A stretch of DNA of 64,000 bases from contig JAWLHY010000011.1 of NCBI GenBank assembly GCA_041690135.1, positions 64,001 through 128,000 on the forward strand, written 5' to 3'. A program made the position numbers and the translations under genes. The DNA comes from Armatimonadota bacterium (GTDB taxonomy: Bacteria > Armatimonadota > SYMT01). The notes under the pieces were generated by a model. That model was not told the DNA's origin and made no database searches. It saw only the letters and a list, made by a program, of their open reading frames with translations. Below, piece after piece: positions 10,737 through 20,943 of this stretch; positions within the stretch are counted from its first letter, which is position 1; the number at the start of each line of letters is the position of its first letter.

Positions 10737-10969
10737 GGGGGATTGCCTTTCGTCGGGTCGCAGCTCGGGATCGGAACTCCATGGGCTTAGACGTCGCTGG
10801 GCAATATATTGTCATCCGGAGCGGAGCCAAGCCAGAGCGGGTACCCTTAACGTATTCTAATCCTGCCTGCGTCTGGATTAAGGTAGACTGGGACACGAAA
10901 GGGGCGAGCCCCAAGGCCCCAAGCACCGCCGGCGATTCGCAGGCTCCCCGGCCGCGACAGGAGTCTCCC

Positions 10970-11815
10970 ATGAAGCTGTCTGGTTCCCCTCGGTCTCGCG
11001 GGTTCACCCTGATCGAGCTGCTCGTGGTGATAGCCATTATTGCTATTCTTGCGTCGATACTCTTCCCGGTTTTTGCCCAGGCCCGCGAGAAGGCCCGGCA
11101 GACGAGTTGCACGAGCAACCTCAAGCAGATCGGCATGGCCGTATTGATGTACAGCCAGGATGCGGACGAGATGCTGCCGCTAGGCGCATATAACCCTCCG
11201 GGTCAACCGGTGCAGATGTGGTACGACCTGGTGGAGCCTTATGCCCGGGCCGGCGCGCGGGCCGTGAACCAGAACGGGGTGAATGCGCAGCGGGCCGCCG
11301 CGCCGTTCTGGATCTGCCCCAGCGTGGAGAACCGCAGCGTGCCGCTGGTGGGGGGCGAAACGGCGCCCGGGCCGTTCCCGGCGAACAACTTCTCACCCGC
11401 CTTCAGCTACATGGCCAACGCCAACGTCATGCCGTTCTGGCACCGGGGCTTCGCCAGCTTCGGCCATTTCCCCGGCCGGCCAACTGCCCTGGCCGCCCTG
11501 GGCGCCCCCGCGCAGGTGGTGCTGGCCTGTGAGGGGTTGGGCTATATCAACGGCACCGGCGGGGACGACTGGACCACCGGCTGCGACCAGCGGGAGAGCG
11601 GCTACGCGCCGGTGACCGGGCCCACTAACGGCATGGCGGCCATCTACTGCGGCGCTCGTTACCGCCACAGCGGCGGGGCCAACTACCTCCTGGCGGACGG
11701 GCACGTGAAGTGGTTCCGCGGTCCCGGCAACTCCTGGCGCACGCGAGCCACCTCGGGCGTCGCCTGGTCGAAGGTGCTGGCCCCAACGGCCGTGGCCTGG
11801 TTCAAGGAGAACTGA
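10970..11815 (+). CDS. Prepilin-type N-terminal cleavage/methylation (DUF1559) protein with H-x9-DG motif
   Basis: [34 protein letters not shown]; [17 protein letters not shown]. Confidence 0.92.
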   Translation: MKLSGSPRSRGFTLIELLVVIAIIAILASILFPVFAQAREKARQTSCTSNLKQIGMAVLMYSQDADEMLPLGAYNPPGQPVQMWYDLVEPYARAGARAVNQNGVNAQRAAAPFWICPSVENRSVPLVGGETAPGPFPANNFSPAFSYMANANVMPFWHRGFASFGHFPGRPTALAALGAPAQVVLACEGLGYINGTGGDDWTTGCDQRESGYAPVTGPTNGMAAIYCGARYRHSGGANYLLADGHVKWFRGPGNSWRTRATSGVAWSKVLAPTAVAWFKEN

Positions 11816-11818
11816 GCG

Positions 11819-12778
11819 ATGCACGCCTTGACCGCACTCACGCTTGCGGGGCTGTTGGTCGCGCCGGGAGCGGCTCCGGCGGGTAGCGCCACCGTGGTCT
11901 CCACCGGCCAGAAGGTGACCCTCCCGCAGCACCGCGTGCCCGAACAGCCGACGGTCTTCGTCTTCCTCCGTCCTTCCAGCAGCCTGGAACGGAGCTTCCT
12001 GGAGGGCCTCCGCAAGGAAGCCGGCCCGAAGGTGGGCCTCCGGGAAGTGCACCTGAAGAGCGGGGAAGAGCCGATCGCCCGGCAATACGAGATCGGCTCG
12101 ACCCCCGCGGCCCTGGTCTACGACCGCCGGGGTCGGTTCGTGGGGAGATCCGCGGAGGCGGACGAGATCGCGGCGATGGTTCGGAAGGCTGCCGGAGTGA
12201 TGCGGATCGACTGGGCCGAACCCGGCGACCCTCGCCTCGCGGAGATGGAGAAGATCCTGGGGCGGCCCGTCAACTCCGGGATCATGCGGACGATGAGCCT
12301 GCGCCCCGACTGGCTGCGGCAGATCCACGAACTCCACAGCCTGGCGCACCGCCCCGATACGGCGCTGGACCGCCGCACCAAGGAGATGATCGCCACCTAC
12401 GTCTCCGCGCTCAACAAGTGCAAATTTTGAGTGAGCGCGCATGCGCATAACCTGCAGTTGCAGGGACAAAACCAGAAGGATGTGGATGAGATCGGCCAGG
12501 GGCGGTCCGAAAAGGCGGCCCTGACCGAACGCGAGCAGGCCCTGCTCGACTACGTGAAAGTGCTCACCCTGGAGCCGGCCAAGGTCCGGGACGCACTGGT
12601 GGAGCGGATGCGACGGACGGGCTGGACGGACGAGCAGATCTTCGAGGCCAGCTTCATCACGGCGCTCTTCGCCTTTTACAACCGGATGGCGGATGCCTAC
12701 GGGCTGGACTACAACCCCCGGCGCTGGGTGCCGCCCGCCCTCCGCGGCCCCTCGGGTTCCAAGCCAGGCCGTCCATAG
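11819..12778 (+). CDS. Putative selenoprotein: signal peptide + thioredoxin-like domain + AhpD/CMD peroxidase domain with CxxU (Sec204, UGA 12428-12430)
   Basis: ORFs 11819..12430 and 12431..12778 are in frame; the junction reads KEMIATYVSALNKCKF*VSAH, matching the AhpD E..A..VS..N.CxxC..AH motif. Confidence 0.85.
12451..12464 (+). promoter_or_regulatory. Candidate bacterial SECIS element
   Basis: CCTGC-AGTT-GCAGG hairpin; loop with GU starts 25 nt after the UGA. Confidence 0.6.
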
Positions 12779-12794
12779 GGATGGCCTGGCTTGG
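12759..12794. other. Strong stem-loop spanning the stop codon of the AhpD-like gene
   Basis: CCAAGCCAGGCC...GGCCTGGCTTGG perfect 12-bp inverted repeat; no U-tract. Confidence 0.6.
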
Positions 12795-12883
12795 GTCACG
12801 GGCTGGGTTCACCCGCCCTGACGTAATCGCTGTCGCAAAGATTTCTCACAATACGGTGGCCCTCGCCGCGATAAGATACCGGG

Positions 12884-13663
12884 ATGTGGTCTGATTCCCT
12901 CCTGGTCTTCTTCGCGGCGATGGCCGCCGGTGCGGTCAACTCCGTGGCGGGCGGCGGCACGCTGCTTACCTTCCCCGCTCTCCTGGCGACCGGGCAGCTC
13001 GCCCTCGTCGCTAACGCCACCAGCACCGTGGCCCTCTGCCCCGGTTCCGCCAGCAGTTGGTGGGGCTACCGCCACGAGATCGGCGGGAACCGGCACGCCG
13101 TACTGCCGATGCTGGTCCTCGGCGTGGCGGGCGGCATCACCGGATCAGCGCTGCTGCTCGTTACTCCAGCCCCGCTGTTCGACCGGATCGTGCCGTACCT
13201 GATCCTGGCGGCCACGCTCCTCTTCATTGCGCAGGAGCCGCTCTCCCGCTGGCTGCGCTCGCGCAGCGGAGAGGCGGCGAAGGACGACGAGGAGCACGTC
13301 CACCTCCGGCTCACCCCACCCATGCTGGTCGCGGTTTTCGGGACCGCCGTCTATGGCGGCTACTTCGGAGCGGGGATCGGCATCATCACCCTGGCGGTGC
13401 TCGGCCTGATGGGGTTGCGCAATATCCATCAGATGAATGCGCTGAAGAATGTCTACGCCCTGGCGACCAACGCGGTGGCCGCGGCGATCTTCATCAGCCG
13501 GGGCCTCGTGGACTGGAAGGTCGCGCTGCTCATGGCGTGCGGCGCGCTGTTCGGGGGCTACGCGGGCGCGGGTATTGCACGGAAGATCGGGCAGAAGAAC
13601 GTCCGCCGCATCGTCATCGGCATCGGGCTCCTTCTCACCGCCTCCATGCTGGTGCGCGGCTGA
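12884..13663 (+). CDS. Sulfite exporter TauE/SafE (TSUP) family protein
   Basis: AGAVNSVAGGGTLLTFP and YGGYFGAGIG repeated motifs. Confidence 0.92.
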   Translation: MWSDSLLVFFAAMAAGAVNSVAGGGTLLTFPALLATGQLALVANATSTVALCPGSASSWWGYRHEIGGNRHAVLPMLVLGVAGGITGSALLLVTPAPLFDRIVPYLILAATLLFIAQEPLSRWLRSRSGEAAKDDEEHVHLRLTPPMLVAVFGTAVYGGYFGAGIGIITLAVLGLMGLRNIHQMNALKNVYALATNAVAAAIFISRGLVDWKVALLMACGALFGGYAGAGIARKIGQKNVRRIVIGIGLLLTASMLVRG

Positions 13664-13681
13664 TTCGGTAACAACTGCTCC

Positions 13682-14899
13682 TCATGGGGTGGGGTAAAGC
13701 GCCCGGAGCGCGAAGCGGTACGTCAGCCACACGGACCGGACAAACTCCCGGGGGTCTTGCCCTTTTTCCAGGGGAAGGCTATGGCCCAGGGCGGGGGGAA
13801 GGAGCAACTCCCCACGGGCGTCCGGCGGAAGCGCATCCCAGAGTCGCAGCGCCTCGCTGGGGGGAACGAACCGGTCGTCCCGGGCATGGAAGACGAAGGT
13901 GCGGGCCTCTATCTCATGTAGTTTGCCGACCGGGCTGAGCGCGTCCACCTGGGAGCGCAGGCGGGGCGAGAGTTCCGCGTAGAGCCGCGCGAACCGCTCC
14001 GGGTCCTGGTTCAAATAGAGCGCCGCCAGCTTCCGGCCTTCCGGCGACAGTCCTTCCGGAACCCTCTCCGCCCGTTCCTCCACGACCTTCCGCAGCAGGG
14101 GGCGGTCCTCGGGCGCCGCCCACGCCACCAGCGTGCGGCCCAGCATGCTCCGGATGTACGGGCTCGGTTCGCGCTGTCCGGTTACGAGCCCGTACCCGTA
14201 GGTGCCGGTCGTCGCGTAGCGGAAGACCTGGGAAAGATCCGCGTACCCGCCCAGGATCACGTATCGCGAAGGTCGCAACTTGGGAGGAAGCTCCGTGGCC
14301 GCCAGCAGGAGGGGACCGCTGCCGTAGCTGAGCCCCCCACCGATGCTCCGCGCCGGGTCCAGCTCCGGCAATGTCATGAACTGCCGAAGGCTGGTGCGGG
14401 CGTCCGCAATATCCTCAACGGACAGGTGGGAGATCTGCTCGCCCGCGGGAAAGGGGACCATCGTCACGTAACCCAACCGGGCAAAGGACCGGGCGGCGCG
14501 GATCACGCCCGGGTTCCGGAGACCTTGCCGGGAAGCGGGGGTCAGCAGCAGGATCCCCGGGCGACGCTCCCCGGTTCCGCCAATCCCGCCCGGCACATAG
14601 ACGTCCGCCACCATGCGTCGCCCGCTCTCCGAGGGGTAGTCGATCCGCCGCACCTCCGGGGGCGGCGCGGTGAGTGCCTGGGGATTGGGCCAGCCTTCCG
14701 GCCGGGCCAGGGCGAGCATGAACAGGAAGACCCGGCCGGAAAACGTCGTCAGCCAGAGGAGCGTCAGCAGCAGCCCGCCCGCCGCGACCAGCGCCAGGCG
14801 TTTCCCCCACCGCCTCCACCCGCGCGACCGCCACGCATCCGCCGGAATGGGTTGACGGCCGGGATTCTGCATTTCACCAGGAGAACGAATAATTGCCAC
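13682..14899 (-). CDS. Membrane-anchored alpha/beta hydrolase (start uncertain, possibly about 14872)
   Basis: GLSYG nucleophile elbow; HARDDRFVP acid; terminal GHS histidine. Confidence 0.8.
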   Translation of the reverse strand: MAIIRSPGEMQNPGRQPIPADAWRSRGWRRWGKRLALVAAGGLLLTLLWLTTFSGRVFLFMLALARPEGWPNPQALTAPPPEVRRIDYPSESGRRMVADVYVPGGIGGTGERRPGILLLTPASRQGLRNPGVIRAARSFARLGYVTMVPFPAGEQISHLSVEDIADARTSLRQFMTLPELDPARSIGGGLSYGSGPLLLAATELPPKLRPSRYVILGGYADLSQVFRYATTGTYGYGLVTGQREPSPYIRSMLGRTLVAWAAPEDRPLLRKVVEERAERVPEGLSPEGRKLAALYLNQDPERFARLYAELSPRLRSQVDALSPVGKLHEIEARTFVFHARDDRFVPPSEALRLWDALPPDARGELLLPPALGHSLPLEKGQDPREFVRSVWLTYRFALRALYPTP

Positions 14900-15012
14900 G
14901 GGTGCCCAGGGCCACTTTACCCGTGGGAGCGCAGATTGAGCCCGTCAGGATGCGGAGGACTTCGATGCGCTCGCACCGCTCAGACGGGCTGCCGGCGAAG
15001 CCACCCCTTCCC

Positions 15013-15414
15013 TTAACAGGGACCTCCTTCAAAATGACAACTAGTTACCCAGGCTGCCCAATTGCCGATACGGACGACATGCACCTTCAGCGCCCCGTAC
15101 CAACGCCGGCGCTCGAGACTGCTGAACCCCTGGGGCGGCTCGTAAGGGCCGGCGCAACTGATAGGGATGGCGGGGCGGCCCATCGAGAAGTAGGTGCCCG
15201 GCTTGAGTTGGAATCGCGGGACCGAAACGGCCGTTAGCAGTCCGGCCAGCCCCAGGGTCGCGATCACAAGGTACCGTGCCCAGCGCCCGGTGAGCGGCAG
15301 GAAAGCCGTGAGGCAATGAAGAACCCGTGGCAACTCCCGCCGCCGCCCAATCGAGATGGCGGCGGCAACCAGCACGAGGGAGAACAGGAGATCCAGGGGG
15401 GAACGCGGTTCCAT
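15013..15414 (-). CDS. Small hypothetical membrane protein
   Basis: GAGGT RBS and ATG; two TM segments. Confidence 0.55.
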   Translation of the reverse strand: MEPRSPLDLLFSLVLVAAAISIGRRRELPRVLHCLTAFLPLTGRWARYLVIATLGLAGLLTAVSVPRFQLKPGTYFSMGRPAIPISCAGPYEPPQGFSSLERRRWYGALKVHVVRIGNWAAWVTSCHFEGGPC

Positions 15415-15646
15415 GACAGTACCTCATGCGAAGAAGCGCTGTCGAAGGGCTACCCGGTTCCCCATCCCAAGAAGACAAGAGGTTCGACGAGATGATCAAC
15501 CTGCGTCCGTAGGATGAACTGGCGCTGGAAATCCTTTACGCAATCTTTATCTATGTATTGAAGGGAATCTTCACCCATGCACCAACACTATCAATGAATC
15601 TCACGCTGTCCTTGTAGGGTCCACAGCGACGGGTGGCCTGGGGAGC

Positions 15647-16120
15647 GTGATTTCTGGCAAACACCCGAGAGCCGTCGCTGCACTCGAGGTGAGCAAGCAG
15701 CTTCTGGGTCAAGAATCGAGGCGCAATTTGGCACCGGAGGTGTTGCTCGTTACTCTTACCGGCGACTGCGATAACCCCGCGGCGATCGCACTTCGCGCGC
15801 GCTTCCCTTTGTTGCTGGAGAGCCAGACACCGGGCGTGCTCCTACTGGATGTTTCCGGGGTCACGTTCATGGACGCTGCGGGAGCACGGGTCCTTCTCTG
15901 GATCGGGCACCTGGCGCTGTCCCGCGGACACGAATGGGGAATTATCACCGGCGGAAACCGCCTGGTTCGCCTGATCTTCGACCTGTTGCAATGGTCGGAA
16001 GGGCTCCCACTGTATCCGGATTGGAGCAGCGCCCATTCAGCATTGTGTCGTCATCCGGACCAGGCCCCCCCGCGACCAATGGATGGGCCCGAAACTGAGA
16101 GCGATGGGCTGCCGCTCTAG
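15647..16120 (+). CDS. STAS domain anti-sigma factor antagonist
   Basis: LTGDCD...LLDVSGVTFMDAAG STAS signature (the phospho-acceptor Ser position is Ala). Confidence 0.75.
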   Translation: MISGKHPRAVAALEVSKQLLGQESRRNLAPEVLLVTLTGDCDNPAAIALRARFPLLLESQTPGVLLLDVSGVTFMDAAGARVLLWIGHLALSRGHEWGIITGGNRLVRLIFDLLQWSEGLPLYPDWSSAHSALCRHPDQAPPRPMDGPETESDGLPL

Positions 16121-16143
16121 GAGCGTATGTGGTTGGGGGGCCT

Positions 16144-18000
16144 TCAGCCCTTCTGATCCAGCAGCCGGGTGAGGTATTCCCCACGAGTGGTTTTCCCCGG
16201 CTGGAACGAGAGGGTCCGCTTCAGCCCCGCGGCTTTGCTCCAGGCCTCGGCATCGGCGGCGGAGACCGGTTCGTCGGGGCGCGCCTCCCAGGCCGGGAGG
16301 AGACCCCGCACCCCGAAGTACTGCACGGCCTCGAAATGCCGGTGCTCGGGAGTGAGGTCGCGGTAATAGATCAGCACCGCCTTCTGGCGCAGGAGTTCGC
16401 GCTGCACGCGGGCGAGGTCCACCTTCCGCACCGGCACGTCCTGCGAGACGGCGAGACTGGCGGCGGTGCCCGCAGCCTGGCCGAGCGCCATCCAGCACGG
16501 CTCCATCCGCAGCGTGGAGAACCCGATGTGGGTGGCGGAAGCCGGAACGGGCGTCAGCAGCCCGTCCACCTTCTTGGGGACCATCACCCCGTAGGGGACG
16601 GTATACGGCTTCGAGGGATAGCTGAAGAAGCCCTCGAGCGCCAGGCGGTCGGCTTCGCGCTTCCGGCAGGCGTGGGAGTCGAGAGCATAATGGCTGGCGG
16701 TGATGCTGGTGGCGTGGACCGGCGGCCGTCCGCCCTCCGTGACGGGCAGGGCGTCGTGGGCGGTGAAGAGGTGCTCGCCTTCGATGCGCCGTCCCTCGCG
16801 CACGTAGACCTGGCGCGGGAAGTGCTCGTTATCGGTGTACTCGTCCTTCGCCAGGCCCCACCGGCGGCAGCGCTCGCGGAAGTCGGCCGGGAGGGCGGGA
16901 TCGTTCTGCGCGAACCAGAGCAGGCCCAGGGTGTAGTCGCGCTGGCGCTGGGCGAAGCGGTCGCGCCAGGTCCAGGAAGAGGTCGGCCACGGCCAGTTCT
17001 CCTCCGGGAGGTCGGTGGAGATCAGTGCCGCGTGCTGGTTGTTGGCATCCGTCTTGCCGTTGGGGAGGCGGACCATATTCACGATCCGGCCGATCCCGTT
17101 CCAGTCCAGTTCACCGCGTCTGGCGTCCGGGGGCGCGGCGACGCGGTTGAGACGAAGATCTTCCACCAGGGAAGCGTACTCCTCGCGCTGGTAGTTCTTC
17201 GGCTTCGGGACGGCCACCCGGATCTCGGCGCGGTCGGTCAGCGGTAGCCGGTAGTTGTAGGCCTGGACGGCGTTGTCGGCCGCGCCGGTGGTGCCGGTGA
17301 CCACGGGGCCGCCCCACAGCTTGTAGAGGATCCCCGCCATCGGCTCGTTGAACTCCGCGGCGCTTTCCCGGCCGACCCGGAAAGGAGCGCCCGCCGCCGC
17401 GGCGAGGTCGCCCTCGTAGGTGGCGTCGATGAACACCTTCCCACGGTACGCCTCGGTGGCGCCCGTCTGCCGGTTCAGGATGCGGATTCCAGTAAGACGT
17501 CCCTTCTCCAGCGTCACGTTCTCCGGCAGGGCGTCGAACTGTCGCATCCGCAGCACGGTCACCCGCGGCTGCTCCGCCAGCATCGCCTCCAGCGTCCGCT
17601 CGCCGACCGAGGGTTCGAAATGGTACCCCGAGGACGCATCCTTTACCTGCGGCGAGTCCTTACCGTAGGTGCGGACGTAATGGTCGAGGTTGCGCCGCAC
17701 GAATTCGACGAACAGCCCGGCCGTGGCCCCGCGGGTGTGGATGTCGGTGGCGCCGAGCCCGTTAGCCGGCAGCCCGCCGACGTGGGCGGTCCGCTCCAGC
17801 AGGACTACCGAACGTCCACCCCGCGCCGCCGCGATCGCTGCCATGATGCCGCCGGGAGTCCCTCCCACCACCACCACGTCCCGCTCGGTCGGCCGGGCCG
17901 CCGTGTTCTGGGTTTCCAGCGCCGTCGCGGCCGGGACGAGAGCGCCAAGGGTGAGGACGGTCAGGGTCAGGTTCAGGGGGAAGTAGGGGTGTCGATTCAT
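16144..18000 (-). CDS. Exported FAD-dependent oxidoreductase (FAD_oxidored family)
   Basis: DVVVVGGTPGGIMAA; FIDATYEGDL; YVREGRRI; STLRMEP. Confidence 0.9.
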   Translation of the reverse strand: MNRHPYFPLNLTLTVLTLGALVPAATALETQNTAARPTERDVVVVGGTPGGIMAAIAAARGGRSVVLLERTAHVGGLPANGLGATDIHTRGATAGLFVEFVRRNLDHYVRTYGKDSPQVKDASSGYHFEPSVGERTLEAMLAEQPRVTVLRMRQFDALPENVTLEKGRLTGIRILNRQTGATEAYRGKVFIDATYEGDLAAAAGAPFRVGRESAAEFNEPMAGILYKLWGGPVVTGTTGAADNAVQAYNYRLPLTDRAEIRVAVPKPKNYQREEYASLVEDLRLNRVAAPPDARRGELDWNGIGRIVNMVRLPNGKTDANNQHAALISTDLPEENWPWPTSSWTWRDRFAQRQRDYTLGLLWFAQNDPALPADFRERCRRWGLAKDEYTDNEHFPRQVYVREGRRIEGEHLFTAHDALPVTEGGRPPVHATSITASHYALDSHACRKREADRLALEGFFSYPSKPYTVPYGVMVPKKVDGLLTPVPASATHIGFSTLRMEPCWMALGQAAGTAASLAVSQDVPVRKVDLARVQRELLRQKAVLIYYRDLTPEHRHFEAVQYFGVRGLLPAWEARPDEPVSAADAEAWSKAAGLKRTLSFQPGKTTRGEYLTRLLDQKG

Positions 18001-18065
18001 GAGTGCGTGAACCAGGGGGACTTGAGGAGCTGAACAGCAAGTTCCATTATATGCCGGTAGTCGAC

Positions 18066-19091
18066 TCACTTCCCTTTCGGGGCCTGAAGCATCAACGCCT
18101 CCAGGGTTTGCTCGATGTAACGGTCGTTCGGCTTCCCATCCACTTTCCGCTTCAGCAGGTAGCCCTGCTTGCTGTCCTGGTCGTACCTCCACTCGAAGGT
18201 CATGTCCTGCTGCAGGTCCATGTAGCCGCGCGTCTCTTCCTCCCAGTAGTCCCGCAGACCGCGCACCGCGTAGAGCACCGTCGTGGGGTCGGCCACGTGC
18301 CGGTCCTTCGCTTCCCCGCCGAAGTAATACTGGTAACCCATCCGGACCGGGTTGCTCTCCGGAAGTTCACGCAGCCGCGCGCCCACCTTCAACCCGCTGG
18401 GCACCGAGCCGATCTCCCGGCCCACGAACATCAGCCGCGCCGGCCAGTTCCACACGGCATAGTGGGCCGCCGCCTTGTCGAAGGTGAAGTTGTTGTTCGT
18501 GAGCTTCACGTCGTCGCGCGCCGGGCGGCCGATGAAGTTGCCGCCCATGCAGGCCCACAACTTCACCTTCTTGCGGATGACCTCCATCCCGCTGGGTTCG
18601 TTGCCCTCCGCGGGGAGTTTCATCAGGTCCGCGATGTTGGTGAGGTACCCCACGGTGACCACCGTCACGCTCCGGTCCGGCTGCTTCAGCAGGATCTGCC
18701 GATACAGCCGGGCCGCATCGGGCGCCTTCTCGTTGGCGCCGAGATCCTGGGGGAACTGCTCGGCGAGCTGGCGGGCATACTTCGAGGGCTTGTTCGCGCC
18801 CGTTCCCTTTGGAGCGCCGATCGGGAGATTCGGCCGGCCGTAAAAGGTGTTGATCGCGTCCACGCACGGTGCCGACCACGGGTTGTGCGAGGAGACCATG
18901 GTCGCCAGGATCTCCGCCTCGCCTCGGTCCGCCAGGGCATGCAGCACCGCCAGCGCCCCCACGTCATCGCAGTCGCTGTCCATATCGGTGTCGAAGATCA
19001 CCTTAACGGGCGGCGCCGGCGCAGCGGAGCTGGACGGAGGAAAGAGGGCGCCCGCGCAGAGGCAGGCCAGCAGCAGGGGAACAAATCTCAT
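18066..19091 (-). CDS. Exported nucleoside hydrolase (inosine-uridine-preferring family)
   Basis: Signal peptide; IFDTDMDSDCDD aspartate motif; DPTT. Confidence 0.88.
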   Translation of the reverse strand: MRFVPLLLACLCAGALFPPSSSAAPAPPVKVIFDTDMDSDCDDVGALAVLHALADRGEAEILATMVSSHNPWSAPCVDAINTFYGRPNLPIGAPKGTGANKPSKYARQLAEQFPQDLGANEKAPDAARLYRQILLKQPDRSVTVVTVGYLTNIADLMKLPAEGNEPSGMEVIRKKVKLWACMGGNFIGRPARDDVKLTNNNFTFDKAAAHYAVWNWPARLMFVGREIGSVPSGLKVGARLRELPESNPVRMGYQYYFGGEAKDRHVADPTTVLYAVRGLRDYWEEETRGYMDLQQDMTFEWRYDQDSKQGYLLKRKVDGKPNDRYIEQTLEALMLQAPKGK

Positions 19092-19188
19092 CGGCGTGCT
19101 TTCGAGAGGGGGAGACGGAGACTCCGGTATCGGCGGCAAAGTGCAGTTCGTGCGGAGACGAATGAATTCATTGTAGCAGGGATGGGGT

Positions 19189-19773
19189 TCATTCCCGTGG
19201 TTCCCCCAGGAAGCGGAGGGCAGCCCGGGCGTACTCCACCGCGGGCGACTCCAGGTCGCTGTCGGTTTCCCACCGGCCCACGGCCCGCAGCAGTGCCAGG
19301 CCGGCCGCCGTATCCCCTTCCGCGTAAAGCTGCTCCCCGTCCATCTGCATCTCGGCGAGGGCCTCTCCGCGCTCGATCTCGTTCCGCTTCCGCCGGATCT
19401 TCTTGAGCGCCTTCTCCAGTTGCTGCTCGCCGCCCGCTGCGTCCCCCCGGCGGAAGAGCTCCAGGGCCCCGTCGTAGGCGCGCTTGCGGAACTCCGGGAG
19501 CGGATGCCCTCGCTCGTCGACGGCGCTCGGGTGCAGCCTGGCGTAGGCCGCCTCGCGCCGGCCCTTCGGCGTCCATTGGAAGTCGATCCCCTCCTGCGTG
19601 AGGGTCTCGGCCACGGAACGCAGGTTTCCGAACTTCAGCCGGAGAAAATCCGCCCGGCGCATCTCCGCGCGGAGCCGCTCTTCGTTGGCGCGCCACCACG
19701 GGTGCCACGAAGGAACCTCGCGCCCCTCGATCAAATCCTTGAAGTACTGCAGGTCTTTCGGGGTCAGTCCCAT
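19189..19773 (-). CDS. Hypothetical helical protein
   Basis: GGAG RBS and ATG; coherent charged helical sequence. Confidence 0.65.
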   Translation of the reverse strand: MGLTPKDLQYFKDLIEGREVPSWHPWWRANEERLRAEMRRADFLRLKFGNLRSVAETLTQEGIDFQWTPKGRREAAYARLHPSAVDERGHPLPEFRKRAYDGALELFRRGDAAGGEQQLEKALKKIRRKRNEIERGEALAEMQMDGEQLYAEGDTAAGLALLRAVGRWETDSDLESPAVEYARAALRFLGEPRE

Positions 19774-19858
19774 CCGGTCTCCTTCCCGTACGGCTGCATC
19801 TGCCGGAGAACTGTTTGGCGCTCTCCGGGATTCCCCCTTTTCCGGCCGTAACCCCACG

Positions 19859-20227
19859 ATGAACTCCGGAACAGAAGACTATCGAACGGTGCTCCGGCAC
19901 GAATTCGGAGCAGAAGAGGGCTCCTTCCTCCTCCAACTGCGGGTGCACCTCGAGTGGGACCGGGATGCCTTCGACCGTCTCCTCGCGGCGATGGAGACCT
20001 GTTGCCGCGACCACGCCGGTGAAGAGAAGCTGGACCGGTGGCTTGCGGAGGGCTTCTGGTATCTCACCAGCTTTGTCCGCGACTGGACGACCCACCCGCA
20101 GTTCCCCCGCCCCTTTCCGGAAGAGTATTACGATGCCGCCTACCAGCGGCTGGACGAGCTGGCTGAATGGTTCTTCACCGGGGAGTCTCCCAACCTGATG
20201 GATGAGGAAGAGCCAGCGGACGCTTGA
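19859..20227 (+). CDS. Small acidic hypothetical protein, immunity-protein-like
   Basis: EEGSFLLQLRVHLEWDRDAFDRL... pattern, W/D/E rich; closely coupled to the next gene. Confidence 0.65.
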   Translation: MNSGTEDYRTVLRHEFGAEEGSFLLQLRVHLEWDRDAFDRLLAAMETCCRDHAGEEKLDRWLAEGFWYLTSFVRDWTTHPQFPRPFPEEYYDAAYQRLDELAEWFFTGESPNLMDEEEPADA

Positions 20228-20231
20228 AGGA

Positions 20232-20822
20232 ATGTCAACATCTGCTGAGATCGCCGTCCTGATTGCCCGGATGCGTACCGATCCCACGCAGGCGCGGAAC
20301 CTGCGCGGCCAGCGGGACGCGGCGCTGCGCCTCCTGGACGCAGAGACTCAGCGAGTGTTCTCCTGCGACTGCGCCGAGCATGTCCTCTGGATCGTCGCCG
20401 AGGCGCTGCCTGGGGAACCGCGAGCGCAACAGGCGTTGGAGGCGCTGCGGGAGTACCTGGCGGGCCGGACCTCCATCGACGAGCTGGAGGCGACCCGTTC
20501 CGCGGTCTTCGACCTGCGGTTCGAAATGCAGCAGCGGACGCCTCCCTCACCGGCGGTGGAGGAGGCGCTCTGGGCTGTGGTGCAGGTCATCCATTTTTGC
20601 GCGGCGGAGGCCCTACAGGATCGGGGCTACCTCATGCGCGGGGTGGGGCGGGTGAAGGCGGAATGGGTTCCGGACTTTGCCGGTCGCGCCGTCGCGCTCC
20701 ACGCCGCGGGTCCCGATGGGAACGCCGAAGGCCATGCCCGGCGCGCCGAGGCCCGGGCTTGTGGGCGCGCTGCCTCCGACCGGGAAGTCGAGTGGCAGAT
20801 CGATCGTCTCCTGGCAGCATAG
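20232..20822 (+). CDS. Imm5-like putative immunity protein
   Basis: FSCDCAEHVL...EPRAQQALEALREYLAG...EVEWQ pattern. Confidence 0.65.
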   Translation: MSTSAEIAVLIARMRTDPTQARNLRGQRDAALRLLDAETQRVFSCDCAEHVLWIVAEALPGEPRAQQALEALREYLAGRTSIDELEATRSAVFDLRFEMQQRTPPSPAVEEALWAVVQVIHFCAAEALQDRGYLMRGVGRVKAEWVPDFAGRAVALHAAGPDGNAEGHARRAEARACGRAASDREVEWQIDRLLAA

Positions 20823-20943
20823 CAGGACCGTGCCTCCGCACCCGGAATTCACCACGGTAGCCGCAAGGGTGACGGTAGGCGAACCCAGGAAGCAAAGGCC
20901 CCACCCGGGTCAAGAAGAACCGGCCAGCTTTCGCAATCGCTCC

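Noticed and set aside
11813-11821. TGA ending the DUF1559 gene is in frame with the next gene (TGA GCG ATG): possible readthrough fusion
   Set aside because: DUF1559 is complete, the next gene begins with its own signal peptide, and there is no Cys-type motif at this site
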